Below are positions 27,231-39,110 of a stretch of 64,000 nt of DNA, piece by piece (position 1 is the stretch's first letter; each line of letters starts with the position of its first letter). Source of the DNA: Sminthopsis crassicaudata. Lineage: Eukaryota. The stretch is taken from NCBI RefSeq assembly GCF_048593235.1, contig NC_133621.1, positions 29,389,254-29,453,253 of the forward strand, read 5' to 3'. The position numbers were made by a program, and so were the translations under genes. Below the pieces are notes generated by a model. That model saw only the letters and a list, made by a program, of their open reading frames with translations, had not been told where the DNA came from and ran no database searches.

Positions 27231-28039
27231 ATAGACAGTATTTTGTTCCTGCTTTTTGCTCATTTTTTCCCATCTTAGTTTTTGACTTTTAATTCTTTGA
27301 TAATGTGGAACTCTCCTTCTGGAGTAAAGGGAGCACTGTCCCAAGTTTCAGAATTTTTGTGCATCTGTTTTCAGGGATAATTATGTGGACTTGTCAATTC
27401 TGAGTTCTTCCAAATTGGCATGATGTAGGGAGAGTTATGTTAACCACTTTCCTGATATGTAATCTGGTCTGTGACAAATCACAAGCATAATTTTCCTTAA
27501 TGGAACTGTGACCAGGGTCTTAAACCTGATGTGATGGCACCCCTCCTCACCTTGACACTGAGATCTAGGACTGCTACCTAGATTCAAGAATGGGAAATGC
27601 AATAAGAGTCCTGCCCCTGGTACCAGCAAAGGGCCTCCTGTACTTTTTTTGTGATTCTTTTACTATCTGTGGGCTGAGCAGTCTAGAAACCATCCCTGAT
27701 TCAGTCATCCCTGATTTGTTGGTGACCATCCTGTGCTGGATTACACTCTATCTTCACCTAGTGCAAAAGGCCTTTCTTGCTCACCTTCTAAGTTGCCTTC
27801 ATCTAGAAAATAATTTGTCTATCCTCTTGTGGGTTCTGCCACTGCAGAATTTGATTTGAGGCATTTTTTGTAATTGTTTGGAGTTTTGGGGAGAATTCAG
27901 GCAATTTCCTGTCTTTTCTTCACCATTTTGCTTCTGTAGCTCCAAGTCTCTTCCTCCCACCCTTGGCTCTTAGTTTTATATTAAATGCTACTTATCATTT
28001 TGAGAAAGGTTCCATTAATTTTCTAGTGTTGTTGTTGTT

Positions 28040-29560
28040 GTTTAATCATAATGAGTTTTGTATTTTGTCAAAGACTTTTTCTTTCTATCCATTAATATAT
28101 TCATGACTTTTGATTTCTTGTTGGTCAATTATGCTGATAGTTTTCCTGATATTGAATCAATCCTACACTCAAGGAATAATTCCCACCTGATCATAGTGTA
28201 TGATCTTTGTGATACATTGCTGTAATCTTGCTAGTATTTTATTTAAATTTGTTTGCACAATTTTCACGATGGAAATTGGTCTTTAGTGTTTTTTTCTCTG
28301 TTTTTGTTCTCCCTAGCTTATGTGTTTAAATCATATTTGTATCATTAAAGGAATTTGGAAAAATTATTTAACTATTTTTTAAAAAATCTGTAAAGTATTG
28401 AGATTAATTGTTCTTTAAATGTTTAATAGAATTTGCTTATGAATCTATTTGGTCCTGGGATTTTTAGTTCACTGATGTCTTGTTCAATTTTTTTTTCTAA
28501 GATATGGTTATTTAAATATTCTATCTCCTCTTCTGTTAATGTGGGAGATTAATTTGTTTTTGTAAATATTCATCTGTTTCATTATTTTATCAGCTTTACT
28601 GGCATATGATGGACAAAATAATTCCCAATAGTTAGTTTAATCTTTTTTGGTGCTACATTCACTTTTAATTTTTTGATGCTAGCAATTTTCTTTTTCAAAA
28701 TCAAATTTACCAATTAAAAAATATTTTATTGATTTTCTTTAGTAAAACCTGTCCTTAGTTTTATTTGTTAGTTTTCGTTTTTATTATTCAAAATCCCTCA
28801 ATTTTCAAGATTTCCATTTTGGGACTTAATTGAGGATTTTAATTTTTTGTTAAATTTTTATTTTTAATTACTTGTAGTTCCCAAGTCATCAACCTGTTCC
28901 TCTTCTCTTTCACTGATATATGCATTTAGAGTTATACATTTCCCTATAATTACTGCATTGACTGAATACCACACATTTTAGAGTGTTCTCTCATTTTTAT
29001 CATTCTCTTTAATGAAATTAATGATTGTTTTTATAATTTGTCCTTTAACCTCCTCATTCTTTAGAAATAGATTGTTTATTTTCCAATTAGCATTTAACAT
29101 ATGCATCCATGTTCCTTCATTGACTATAATTTTTATTGTATTATGACATGAAAATGATACACTTACTTACACTGATTTCTGCTTTTTTGCATTCAGATCA
29201 AAATTCACCAATGGGCTATTTGTTTTTGTTGTTGTTGTTGTTGTTTGTTTATTTTTTTCTGTTGTTGTTTTTGTTTTGCTTTATTTTAAGGTACCATATC
29301 CAAAGTTATGATTCTTTGTATTCCCTTTCCATTTTCTTTAGACATCTAACATTTCCAAGATTATATTCATCTTCTTGATGTCTTTACTTTTTTTTTTTTT
29401 TAGATTTGTCTAGTTCTTAGAGAGGGGGAATTTGAGGTCTATTATGAGTGTAGTTTTACTTGTAATTTTTCTCTTGTAATTAATTTAACTTTTTCTTTAA
29501 AAATTTGGATGCTTCGTCATTTAGTGCATATATGTTTAGTTATTATTTTAATCATATGTA
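28040..29560 (-). mobile_element. Degenerate L1 ORF2 fragment (endonuclease to pre-RT region)
   Basis: CCTGATATTGAATCAATCC...CCCACCTGATCATAGTGTATGATC...GCTAGTATTTTATTTAAATT and GGATGCTTCGTCATTTAGTGCATATATGTTTAG are antisense ORF2 motifs. Confidence 0.85.
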
Positions 29561-29584
29561 CCTTTTCATGCTTATCCCTGTAAC

Positions 29585-29790
29585 AAGAAGATTCATTTTC
29601 ATGAATCCAAATCCAGCCTCATATACTTACTAATTGTGTGATTCTGGACAAATTACTTAATCTTTTGTTTGCCCTGGAGACAGGTAGGTGGATTAGTGTC
29701 TAGGGTTACACAGTTAATAAATGTTTGGGGCTGGATTTGGATTCACAAAGATAAGTCTTTCTGACTACAGGAGCAATATTCTACTCACTG
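29585..29790. mobile_element. Inverted pair of CORE-SINE fragments
   Basis: TGAATCCAAATCCAGCC (29602-29618) is the exact reverse complement of GGCTGGATTTGGATTCA (29729-29745); weaker pairing extends both ways. Confidence 0.8.
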
Positions 29791-30232
29791 AGTATTATGG
29801 ACTAATAAAGGTGCAATATTTACAATAGCTGACTTGACCAATTCCATGTACTGATGTAGTTTTTTTAAATAGATGCTATGTAGACACAGAATAAGTATAT
29901 AATTGGTAACTGCATTTGACAAAAAAAAAGTTCTTGTGACATTTCAATTATTTATTTATGGTGATAAAACAACATAATCAATGAACTCTGAATTAGAAAT
30001 GGATTGCAGTGAAAGATGTGATATAGACATTTATTATTTTTATCATCCTGAGCTTGGGGTTTATTGTGCTCTAGTTTTCCAGGAAAATTGAAAATTAATC
30101 CCTCCAAATTAAAAAAAAAGTTTTTTTTAATCATAAATAATGGATTCGAGCTGGTCAGATTGCCTATTTAATAAAGTAGGAAGATTTACAATGGAACTGA
30201 CAACTTTTATTTTTATTTTTTTCTTGTTACAG

Positions 30233-30343
30233 ATGGACCCAATTCAGAAAGCAGTAATAAATCATACATTTGGGGTTCCTCTTCCTCATCGAAGAAAGCA
30301 AATTATATCGTGCAACATTTGCCAGTTGAGATTTAATTCTGAT
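30233..30343 (+). CDS. ZNF385D: Internal coding exon of zinc finger protein 385D (N-terminal half of the first matrin/U1-type C2H2 finger)
   Basis: 111 nt encoding [37 protein letters not shown], matching my recollection of human ZNF385D (paralogues ZNF385A/B read MDPVQKAV...). Acceptor ttttttttcttgttacAG ends at 30232, branch-point-like CTGAC at 30197-30201, donor GTAAGT at 30344-30349. Phase 0 on both sides. The rest of ORF 30140..30394 is intronic read-through. Confidence 0.96.
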
Positions 30344-31599
30344 GTAAGTTCATCATTTGTTATTCACTATAAAAATTCATTATATTTTTTCTAATCAGAA
30401 AGGAATAGAGCTTCCTTAAATATTCTTCCATAACTGAAAAAGTCTATAGTTGTTATTATATTGAAACTGTATTAATCTATGGTGTGCCCTTCTTTTGGAA
30501 GCCTGCTTATTTTTTGATAAGGAAAAACAGTGCATGTACTAAGTTTTGATTGTATAACTTAGTGGTACTTTAACACCATTGCTTAGTGCACAAAGAAATG
30601 GTACATGGCCCTGGGTTACTTGATGTCCAGTCAGATTCTCAGCCACAGAGGCCCATTAGAGGCCCACTGACTTGAGCTGTATGTGCAGGGTTAACCCTTA
30701 GCAAAGTTGTTCAATGGACAATATTTGTCTTTTCTACATCTACATTTACCCTCTTCATTCACTCAATTTTATGTTTCCATCTTGGCCCAGATTACTGTTA
30801 ACTAGTCACCTGAGTATACCTAAGACATTCCCCTTGCATTGATGTAGTTGTCAAGGGGTGCTTAAAAATTTACTTTAAGGAATGAGATTTCCTTAAGAGA
30901 ATTTAATGCTCCATAGGGAATGCCCAAGAGTCTGAATACAATATGAGAATTTCCCAGATACAGTACTTCAAGTCCTCCCACCCTAGCATCTTACCACCAT
31001 CACCTTCCAAGAATTCTGTCTATGTTTTCTGTTGACAGTATTCCTGTGTGGTTTTGACTGTAAGGCTCAGTATCACTCATGTGACTAATTTTGAATAAAG
31101 ATGATGCTGGGATCAATATATTTTTCTTCCTTTGGGGCAGCCTACTTTTTGAACCTTGGAAACTCTGCTGTTTGGAGCAGCCAAGCAAAAAGAGGATAGA
31201 ATTTGCATCCTTGTCTGGTGAATTAAGAGGTCATATAGCATGCCGAACTAAATTATTCTCTATTTTTATCCTTTCGTTGCATGAAGAAATCAGTGATTTT
31301 ATTGTTGCTATTTTTGATGTTGTCAATTGGCTGATTTGGTTTCTTGCTGCACCTGCCTTAAAATATAACTGTCTAGTCCTTTATGTTTTCAGATTCTTTA
31401 TAAACATGACCTACGAAAATTCACTTATACAAGACTTAAAAAATATTCTTCTTTATGCATTAGTACACTCTCTCAGTGATGAGTTAATTTTAGAAAGTTC
31501 AGTTTTACTATTTTTAAAATATGTGGGAAGATTCCTTTTGTTGATCTCATACAAGATATGACCATTTTCAAGAACTTTCAGGAACAAAACATTCTTGTT

Positions 31600-31770
31600 A
31601 CAGTAGGTGTGTAGTATAATGCAATGAACCCTGGCTCTGCAATCTAAGCATTTGGGTTCAAATTCTGTCTCTAAATTGGACAATTTAAGTTTCCAAGGCC
31701 TCAATGCCTTTATTTGTACAGTGAGCAGGTTGGATAAAATGGATTCTAAGATCTTTTCAAACTTAAAATA
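31600..31770 (+). mobile_element. MIR3-type SINE
   Basis: TTGGGTTCAAATTCTG...TTGGATAAAATGGATTCTAAGATCTTTTCAAACTTAAAAT. Confidence 0.65.
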
Positions 31771-31984
31771 AAACCTATTTTTCTATGTAGAAACTGTCAT
31801 AAATCTAAAATCTTTCTTGAATATTTAATAGGTAAATAAAAACTACTATATTTGGAGATATTAAACCGATAGTTGGTTTTTAACTTTCACAGATTAAAAA
31901 AAAAAAAGTAGTAAACCATAATTACCAAGAGCAATTAGGAAACTGAGTACATGCTTCCTAAATAATAAAAGTCAGATATCATTA

Positions 31985-32180
31985 TTGTTTCTTTCTCTTC
32001 CCTTTCTTTTCCTCTTATTCTCTTTTTCTTATATTTTTCTTCTGTTCTGCTGCTTCTATTCCTTCCATTCTCCTTTTCCCATCCTTCCCTTTCCCTTCTA
32101 CTTCTTCCTTTTTATTTCTTTAATCTCTTTTCCCTCCCATTCCTCTTCCTATGTTTTGTCTTCTTTTCTCTTCTTCCTTT
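31985..32180. repeat. Polypyrimidine low-complexity tract
   Basis: About 195 bp of mostly C/T. Confidence 0.9.
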
Positions 32181-33099
32181 GAAGTTTAGGTAGAAAAAGT
32201 TTTGGTATAAGTTTCTATCACACTTATGTTTAATACCCTGTTTATTATTGCATAGGAAGAGAAAATCAATGCTTTTTAAGGTGACTAAAATATGAGGGTG
32301 CAAGATTATCCTCCTTTATAACTCTCCAGCATATTAATGTTTTTCTTAAACCATAGTGGCAAAACTGAGCTCAGTGTCTTAGCTGAGTTTTGATGAAGGA
32401 ATTCACCTCACATCTTCTGATTACAAATGCTGCTCACTTTACACTATATAACATTGATTTTCCATATATAAATATTCAAGTATATCCAAACATATGACTC
32501 CCATTTATACACATATGTGTGTATCTATTTAAAAAAAATAACTGAAGTTTTCTTTTAGGTGTTTTTGGTCATTTCCTTTAAATGAAACTTTCAACCTTCT
32601 ATGAAACTTGTTTTCCATGGATAAACGACTTCTGCTACTTTCCAAGATTGTCAGGTTATTTGTCTTCCCATCTCAACTAGATGAGTAGACCATCAGTACT
32701 ATTTCCCTTCAAAAGCAGTCCTTTGGCATAATCATTAACTTTCACAAAAAGAACAGGGAACTCTGTTGAGATTCCTTTGTTTTGTTGCTCAGTGGCCTTG
32801 AGTCCAAAGGAAGCCATCTCTACAGAGTTTGCTGGTCACATAAGCTTCTCATAGAATCAAAATACAATGAGCAATGTCCTTTGAAGGGCCAGTTCTTGCC
32901 CAGTGTGTGCCTCAGAGAAACAGCATGTCCATCAGTGTTGCCTGAGAACCTCTTCTAGCTTCGAGTTTGAACATTGGAGATAATCCCTAACAAAGAAAAA
33001 CCAATGGGTGGATCATGAAAGAAAATATTGTCCAAACTCCCACAGATTTCAAAATCTAAAGAAAAATCAGGTGGGCACAGAGAAACAATTGTGCCCAAA

Positions 33100-33245
33100 A
33101 ATAACAAAAGGATTCTTTGAAGAGATATGAACCCTTTAGAGGAGTTTATAATCTCTTATTTTAAATTTTGATAACCATCTGTTTTAAGCATTTAAAAATG
33201 TTATTCTGAAAAGGGGTCCCTAGATTTAACCAGACTGCTAAAAGA
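33100..33245. mobile_element. hAT-Charlie-type MITE fragment
   Basis: GCATTTAAAAATGTTATTCTGAAAAGGGGTCCCTAGATTTAACCAGACTGCTAAAAG; homologous to 47468-47655. Confidence 0.6.
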
Positions 33246-33749
33246 TGGTTAACCATAATGGTTAATCGTTCCTTCTTAAAATGAAAATTTTAATAGTGGT
33301 AACTGGAGTGATGGTGGTAACACATTTAGCATGTGTTCATTTAGATTTTACTATATATAAGGATCTGGAGTTATAAAGCCTAAAATAAAATAACCCTTAT
33401 CCTTAAGAAATTTACAATCTACAGAAGGATCCATAAAGGTCCATAGTCAATCAAAGAGTCTGAGAAGGAAGGCTGGACTGATTTTATTCAAATAGAAATC
33501 AGTTAAGTGAGATATATCATTTTCTAAGCAGAAAATCAGTTATTGGGGGAAGAATCATTCTGAGCCTATGACTTGCTTAGGAGAGGCAAATTATAAACAG
33601 TCTATACATCAATTTTTTGGACAAATAAGAACAGAGAATTAAGTGAAGATAACTGAATTATAGAATTTAGTTCAGAGACATAAATAATCTCTGCAGATTT
33701 CTAGTGCAATACATAATAGAAAGTAATCCCCATTAAATGATATGCATTC

Positions 33750-34020
33750 AAGTCTTTGCTTGAAGAACTCCAAGGACCAGAAATGTCTTTTCTTCCAAGG
33801 CAACCCATCTCATTTTGAGGTAGTCTAATTGTTAGGAAGTTTTGGTATGGTAGGAGTGGAAATGTTTCAGTTTTACTATTTTCTTCCTTAAAAGCTGCCT
33901 CCAAAAAAAGATCCAGGAGGCAGTTAGTGATGAAGGACTGTGGCTCAGGACAGAGATTACATAAAGGGTGGAAGAATAAAGTTTGGGCTGGATATAGGAG
34001 TAGATAGATGCACAAGGAAG
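33750..34020 (-). mobile_element. Adjacent L3/CR1 (about 33750-33850) and L2 RT-region (about 33900-34020) fragments
   Basis: CCAAGGCAACCCATCTCATTTTGAGGTAGTCTAATTGTTAGGAAGTTTT (CR1) and AGGCAGTTAGTGATGAAGGACTGTGGCTCAGGACAGAG (L2). Confidence 0.6.
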
Positions 34021-36177
34021 TGATTGGCTCACCAATTGATTGGTCAAGGTCCCCAAAGGAGAAGTAAACTACTCTATAGCCAATTTTCATCACTAACTTC
34101 TAAGCAGTTGTGATTTATTATAGCAGTAAAATGGATATAAAAACAGAAAACACGGTCAAAAAGTATCAACTTCACCAATGAGGGTTTTGGAATGTTTGGG
34201 CTATTCTTATGAATGGATGGATACATTTCCCCCAGCCATTCCCTACCCAGTCAGGAACACAGAAAAATGTTTTCAGGTATGACTTAATTTCAAGGAAGTA
34301 GCTTGAGACTTGAAAAAAAAAATCTTGTGTTCAGGTCTCAGAATTCTAGTATCCTATAGGGACATTTTAAATTTTAGGATTTCTCAAAGGGCAGAAGTCA
34401 AACTTTTAGTTATATGTCCCTTCTATAGGAATAGTTCAAAGTACAAAAATGATTTCATTACATAGCAAAGGAAGTGGACATCCAAGAAAAAAACTTCTAT
34501 TTTGAGATCCATGAAATAGTTTGTCTGCTGAAACATCCAAGATCCCCTAAGAAACTGCATGAGATACTGTTTTAATTTGAATTTAATTACTTTTTTCTCT
34601 CTTTATGTAATTATATACATATCTCAAAAGAGCTTTGGATGTTACTAAAATCCCCCCAAAATTAAAATTTACCAAATCTAAAAATTGTTAAGTGTTGAAA
34701 GGTATGTTTATGTTATTTTTTTTTTTTTACTGGAGATGATATTTGCTGTTGATGATCATTCATTGATTTGTTTTATCCTTATTAATGTATTTTTACATCA
34801 CTTTTATTTCCAAATATATTTTTGATACTTTCTTTTCAAAAGCATTATCCCTTGTAGCAAAGAATAGAAAGAGAAAAGACAAAACCCATATATCTAAATT
34901 AACCAACATAGCAGCCAGTTCTGATAGTATATATGATCTGGTGACCTACAACAAAGAGGTCAGGGTTAGCAATGGATTTTCTTCCACCATTTTCAGGCCA
35001 AGCCTGATCTCAATAAATCTCAGATTTTTGTTGTGATTTTTTTTGTTTGTATTTCTAGGATGCACCCACGTCGTTGAGTATATAGAAAATGAGATATACA
35101 TAATTCTTTCTCCACTATATAATCATTATAATTTCTACTAGATTCATTGCTGGTGAAATCTGCCCTTTAATTAGGCAAAGGATGCCCCTTGATTATCGAA
35201 CTCATGAGCTCATTAAAATCTCCTTCTCTGGTATCTTGGGAACTATCTGAGTTTGGGGCACTAGTTTAGGTCACATGAAAAGTGGGTGTGTGAGATGGAG
35301 GAACTCCGTGTACAATAGAAATTTAGTAATGAATTGGAACTATACACCAAATGCAATGTTAACCATGTAAAGAACCATGATGTATAACAACAGAGTAATT
35401 AAAATAGGATTAACCAGTTTAATTCATAATTACTAGTAATTATTATCAGAATGCTAATATTCAAACTTCACTGGGACAAAATATGGTTTGCAAGACTGTT
35501 AATTATCCATTTTTATATCTTACCTTCTTTTATACTCTTTAACTAATACTCAGGTAAAAATCTGTAGACCATTTAGTTGGACCAATCTTTTCCTCCAGTT
35601 GGGCCTTTCCTGGCCATTTTCCCTGAGTCAGTCACTTTTTCTGTCACCCATCAATGCCCCTTCAGGAAGCTTCACTGTACCTCTGTGTAACTGGGCTTTA
35701 CATCATGTCAGGAGGGCAGGGTTGCTTCTTCTGAAGAGTTCCAGACTTTTGAAAATGACAAGTTCACCTATTTAAGTAAAAGAAAGACAAAAAAAGGGCA
35801 ACCTCATCCCAGGAAAAGGCAGTTCACATGCTGACATCTATATACTCCTGGGTAAAAGCTAAGTCAGATTCTCTGACTTTCACTGAATCCCTGGAAGCAT
35901 CCCTAAAGGACTCTGATACTTCATGATGGAATGGCTCACTTCCTTCGTACATTCACTGGATTATGGTCCAGCAGCCTATTAGGAGATTTTGTATCATCTC
36001 CTGAGTCTTCCAGTTTACAACCATTTTGGAGCGTTATCACCAAACAGGGCAAATACTTTAGCATTAATCATATGGGAATTATTCCCCACTCCACCCCCTC
36101 CTCTCTACCCCTGTATGTAGGAACAATAGGAACCTCAGCTGGACATACTTCCATGTGGAATTTTGTTGCACATTGCT

Positions 36178-36395
36178 GTGTTGTTGTTTTTGTCTATTTC
36201 AACTGTTTCCGATTCTTGGTGACCCCATTTGAGATTTTTTTTAGCAAAAATAGTGAAGTGGTTTGCTATTTCCTTCTCTAAATCATGTTAAAGATGAGAA
36301 ACTGAGGCAAACAGGGTTAAGTGACCTGTCTAGGACCACACAAATAGCAAGGGTCTGAAGCTAAATTTGAACTCAGGTCTTCAGAACCAGCTGCT
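36178..36395 (-). mobile_element. MAR1-type SINE
   Basis: GTGACCCCATTTGAG...GTGGTTTGCTATTTCCTTCTC...GATGAGAAACTGAGGCAAACAGGGTTAAGTGAC...TTTGAACTCAGG. Confidence 0.9.
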
Positions 36396-37149
36396 TACAC
36401 ATTGTTATATGTTTATTTGTTTCCTGATTCCATTTATTCTACTTTGCATTAATTCATACTCAAATGAGATGGTATTTGTAAAGTACTTTCACATAATTAG
36501 GGCACATTAACATAGGCAATTAACAAATATCTGTCTCTTTCTATCCCTCTTTCATAAAATATGTTTTTTTATCCTTTAAAATTCTCATTTATTTTTGTTT
36601 CATAATATTGTATTACATTTTTATTCCATAATTTGTTTAGTAAATGATTTCCTGCATTTTGTTCATTTTCCCTTCAAATACTGTATTGCTGCTTTAAATA
36701 TTTTAATTGTATCATTTTTTTTTTCAATTTTTCACTTCTTTGAAGTGTGTACCTGCCAGTGAAACCTCTGGGTCAATGAATATTTGTATGGATAATTCCT
36801 TAACACAATTCCACTTTTTTTGGAGGGGGCAGTGATGAGTGTGTGGGTGAGGGGGTCATAATTCCAAATTGCTTTTTAAAATTATCTCCGTTCACATTGA
36901 TGTTAAGTAGCCATTACTATTCCTCTCATCAATTTAAAAAAATAATTTTTCTTGATATCTTTCAATTTCATATGACCTACAATTCTCAATGTATCTCCTA
37001 CTCTTCCTCTGGAGAATCATCATTTATAATAATGGGTAAAAGTGATAGAAAGAAATAGCAAAAACAACAAAAACCACATTATTTATGTAACTTTCCGTCT
37101 CATCTCAGCAGGGAAACTCATCAAGGCTAACTATGGGCATGACATTTTA

Positions 37150-38030
37150 TTTTTTTTCTTATTATTGTAGTAAGTTTATTTTTAATACACAAAGCTTTAT
37201 GAATCATATTGCAAGAGAAAAATCAGAGCAAAAGGGAAAAACTATGGGAGAGATTAAAAAAAGAAGTGAATATTGAATGTGTTGATTTACATTCAGCCTC
37301 CTTAGATCTTTTTCTGGATGCAAATGATATTTTCTGTCCAAAGTCTATTGGAATTGCCTTGGATCACTGAACCACTGAGAAGAGCCAAATCTTTCATAAA
37401 GTTGATGATTGCACATTCTTACTGTTATTGTGTGCACTGTATTCCTGGTTCTGCTTGTTTTGCTCAGCATCAGTATGTGTAAATCTTTTCAGGCTTTTCT
37501 ATAATCAGCTTGTTAGTCATTTTTCATAGAACAGTATCCCATTACCTTCATGTGTCATAACTTGTTAAGTCCAATTAATGGGTATCCACTCCTTTTCCAA
37601 TTCTTTGCTACCACAAAAAGAGCTGCTACAAACATTTTTGTGCATGTGGGTCCTTTTCCCTCCTTTATTATTTCCTTGAGATACAGACTTAGTAATGACA
37701 CTGTTAGGTCAAAATATACAGTTTTATAGCTCTTTGGTCATATTTCCAGACTGCTCTCAAGAATGGTTGGATCATTTTACACCAATAATGCATTAGTGTC
37801 CCAGTTTTCCCACATCTCCTCTCATATTTATATTATCTTTTCCTGTCCTCTTAGCCAATCTGAGACATGTGTAGTGGTACCTGAGAGTTATTTTAATTTG
37901 CATTTCTCTAATCTAATAGTGATTTAGAGGAATTTTTATATAATTATAAATGGCTTTACTTTTGTTATCTGAAAATCTTCTGTTCATATCCTTTGACCAT
38001 TTATCAGTTGGATGCATTCTATTTTAATTC
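37150..38030 (-). mobile_element. L1 3' portion
   Basis: CTGCTCTCAAGAATGGTTGGATCA...CACCAATAATGCATTAGTGTCCCAGTTTTCCCACATC...GACCATTTATCAGTTGG. Confidence 0.92.
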
Positions 38031-38909
38031 ATTTCTTGTTATTGGTCTTGAGTGTTTATTGTTGTAATAATTCATTGTATCATTTTCCTGTTTACTTGTA
38101 ATCACTTCAGAAGGATCTTCATATGCTTTCCCACACTCATAACATTCATAATTTCTTGAAGCACTTATCACTAGTCCTTACCCCATTAGTGTAAATTTCT
38201 GCATGAAATTAAATTCATGCACCATGCAGAATAGAAAGAGAAGTAGAAGAGAAGTGAGCGAGTCTATGAATTAGAGCTCCACAGGGAGGAGGCATGGATA
38301 TGATAATTAAGAAATTTCCTCTAAGTCTTTGTTCTTTGCATTTGATTATCATTTGTAGTCTGTAATATTATTCCTTTCCTTTTTGATACAACTTACATTG
38401 TTTTTCTTATAAATGATGTCTATTCTCTGTTTTAATTACAAACCTTTAAATGAAATGGATTAGAATTTGCCCCAAATTCCAATCCTTTCAAGACTTTAAA
38501 TTTGTTTAAATCAGAGGAAGGAAATAATATATTCGATCTGACCATTTCAGGATCAATAAGATCATAACAGTTTATGTATTGATGACAATTGACAATATGA
38601 TGAAAATAGGATTGAGAGTTACAAGGGCCTTTAGAAAATAAGATTACAGATTTAAAACTAGAAGAAATTTTAGAGGTCATATATTCAGCATCTTCATTTT
38701 CCTACTTTTGCACATTTATAGGACCATAGGTTTGGAAGACATCTTACCCATGGTAATTTAGGTAGTAAGTGCCAGCAATAGAACTTTATCCCTTATAATC
38801 CTAATCCCATGTTTTATGTTTATAGTAAAGGAGCCAAATAAAATAAAATAAAATAAAATATTATAAGGAATAGTCTAAATACCATAATTAAACACAACTA
38901 ATATTAAAG

Positions 38910-39110
38910 TTAGATCAGAATCACAGAATTTGAGAGTTGGAAGGCTCCCAGGGGTCATGTAATATAACACATGTGTAAAAGCAATCCTTACCCTTACATA
39001 CCAGACAAATTGTCATCCATCATCAGTTCTGAGACTTCCAAGGAAAGGGAGTTCATAAGCTCTCAAGGCAGCCCATTCCATTCTTGGATAGCTCTACCTA
39101 TTAGGAAGAG
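38910..39110 (-). mobile_element. L3/CR1 3' end
   Basis: GAATCACAGAATTTGAGAGTTGGAAGG...CTCAAGGCAGCCCATTCCATTCTTGGATAGCTCTACCTATTAGGAAG. Confidence 0.8.

Larger units (their letters stand above)
25200..27950 (-). mobile_element. Old L1 5' UTR/ORF1 portion in three pieces (about 25200-25330, 26085-26465, 27235-27950)
   Basis: T-rich antisense ORF1-like text (GTCTCATAAAGTTATTAGCTTCCAC... / ...AAGGAATTTTTTTTTCAATGAGC... / ...TTTTTGCTCATTTTTTCCCATC...GCACTGTCCCAAGTTTCAG) that reads colinearly once two insertions are removed; judged against a recalled consensus. Confidence 0.6.

Noticed and set aside
30140-30394. 84-aa ORF as a complete gene
   Set aside because: Only 30233-30343 is exonic; the flanks are the polypyrimidine tract and post-donor intron.
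31091-31561. 156-aa hydrophobic plus-strand ORF near the exon
   Set aside because: F/L/I-rich composition is expected from T-rich intron DNA; starts at TTG and has no homology I recognise.
33701-34093. 130-aa minus-strand ORF
   Set aside because: A composite of decayed L2 and CR1 fragments; not a coherent protein or viral remnant.
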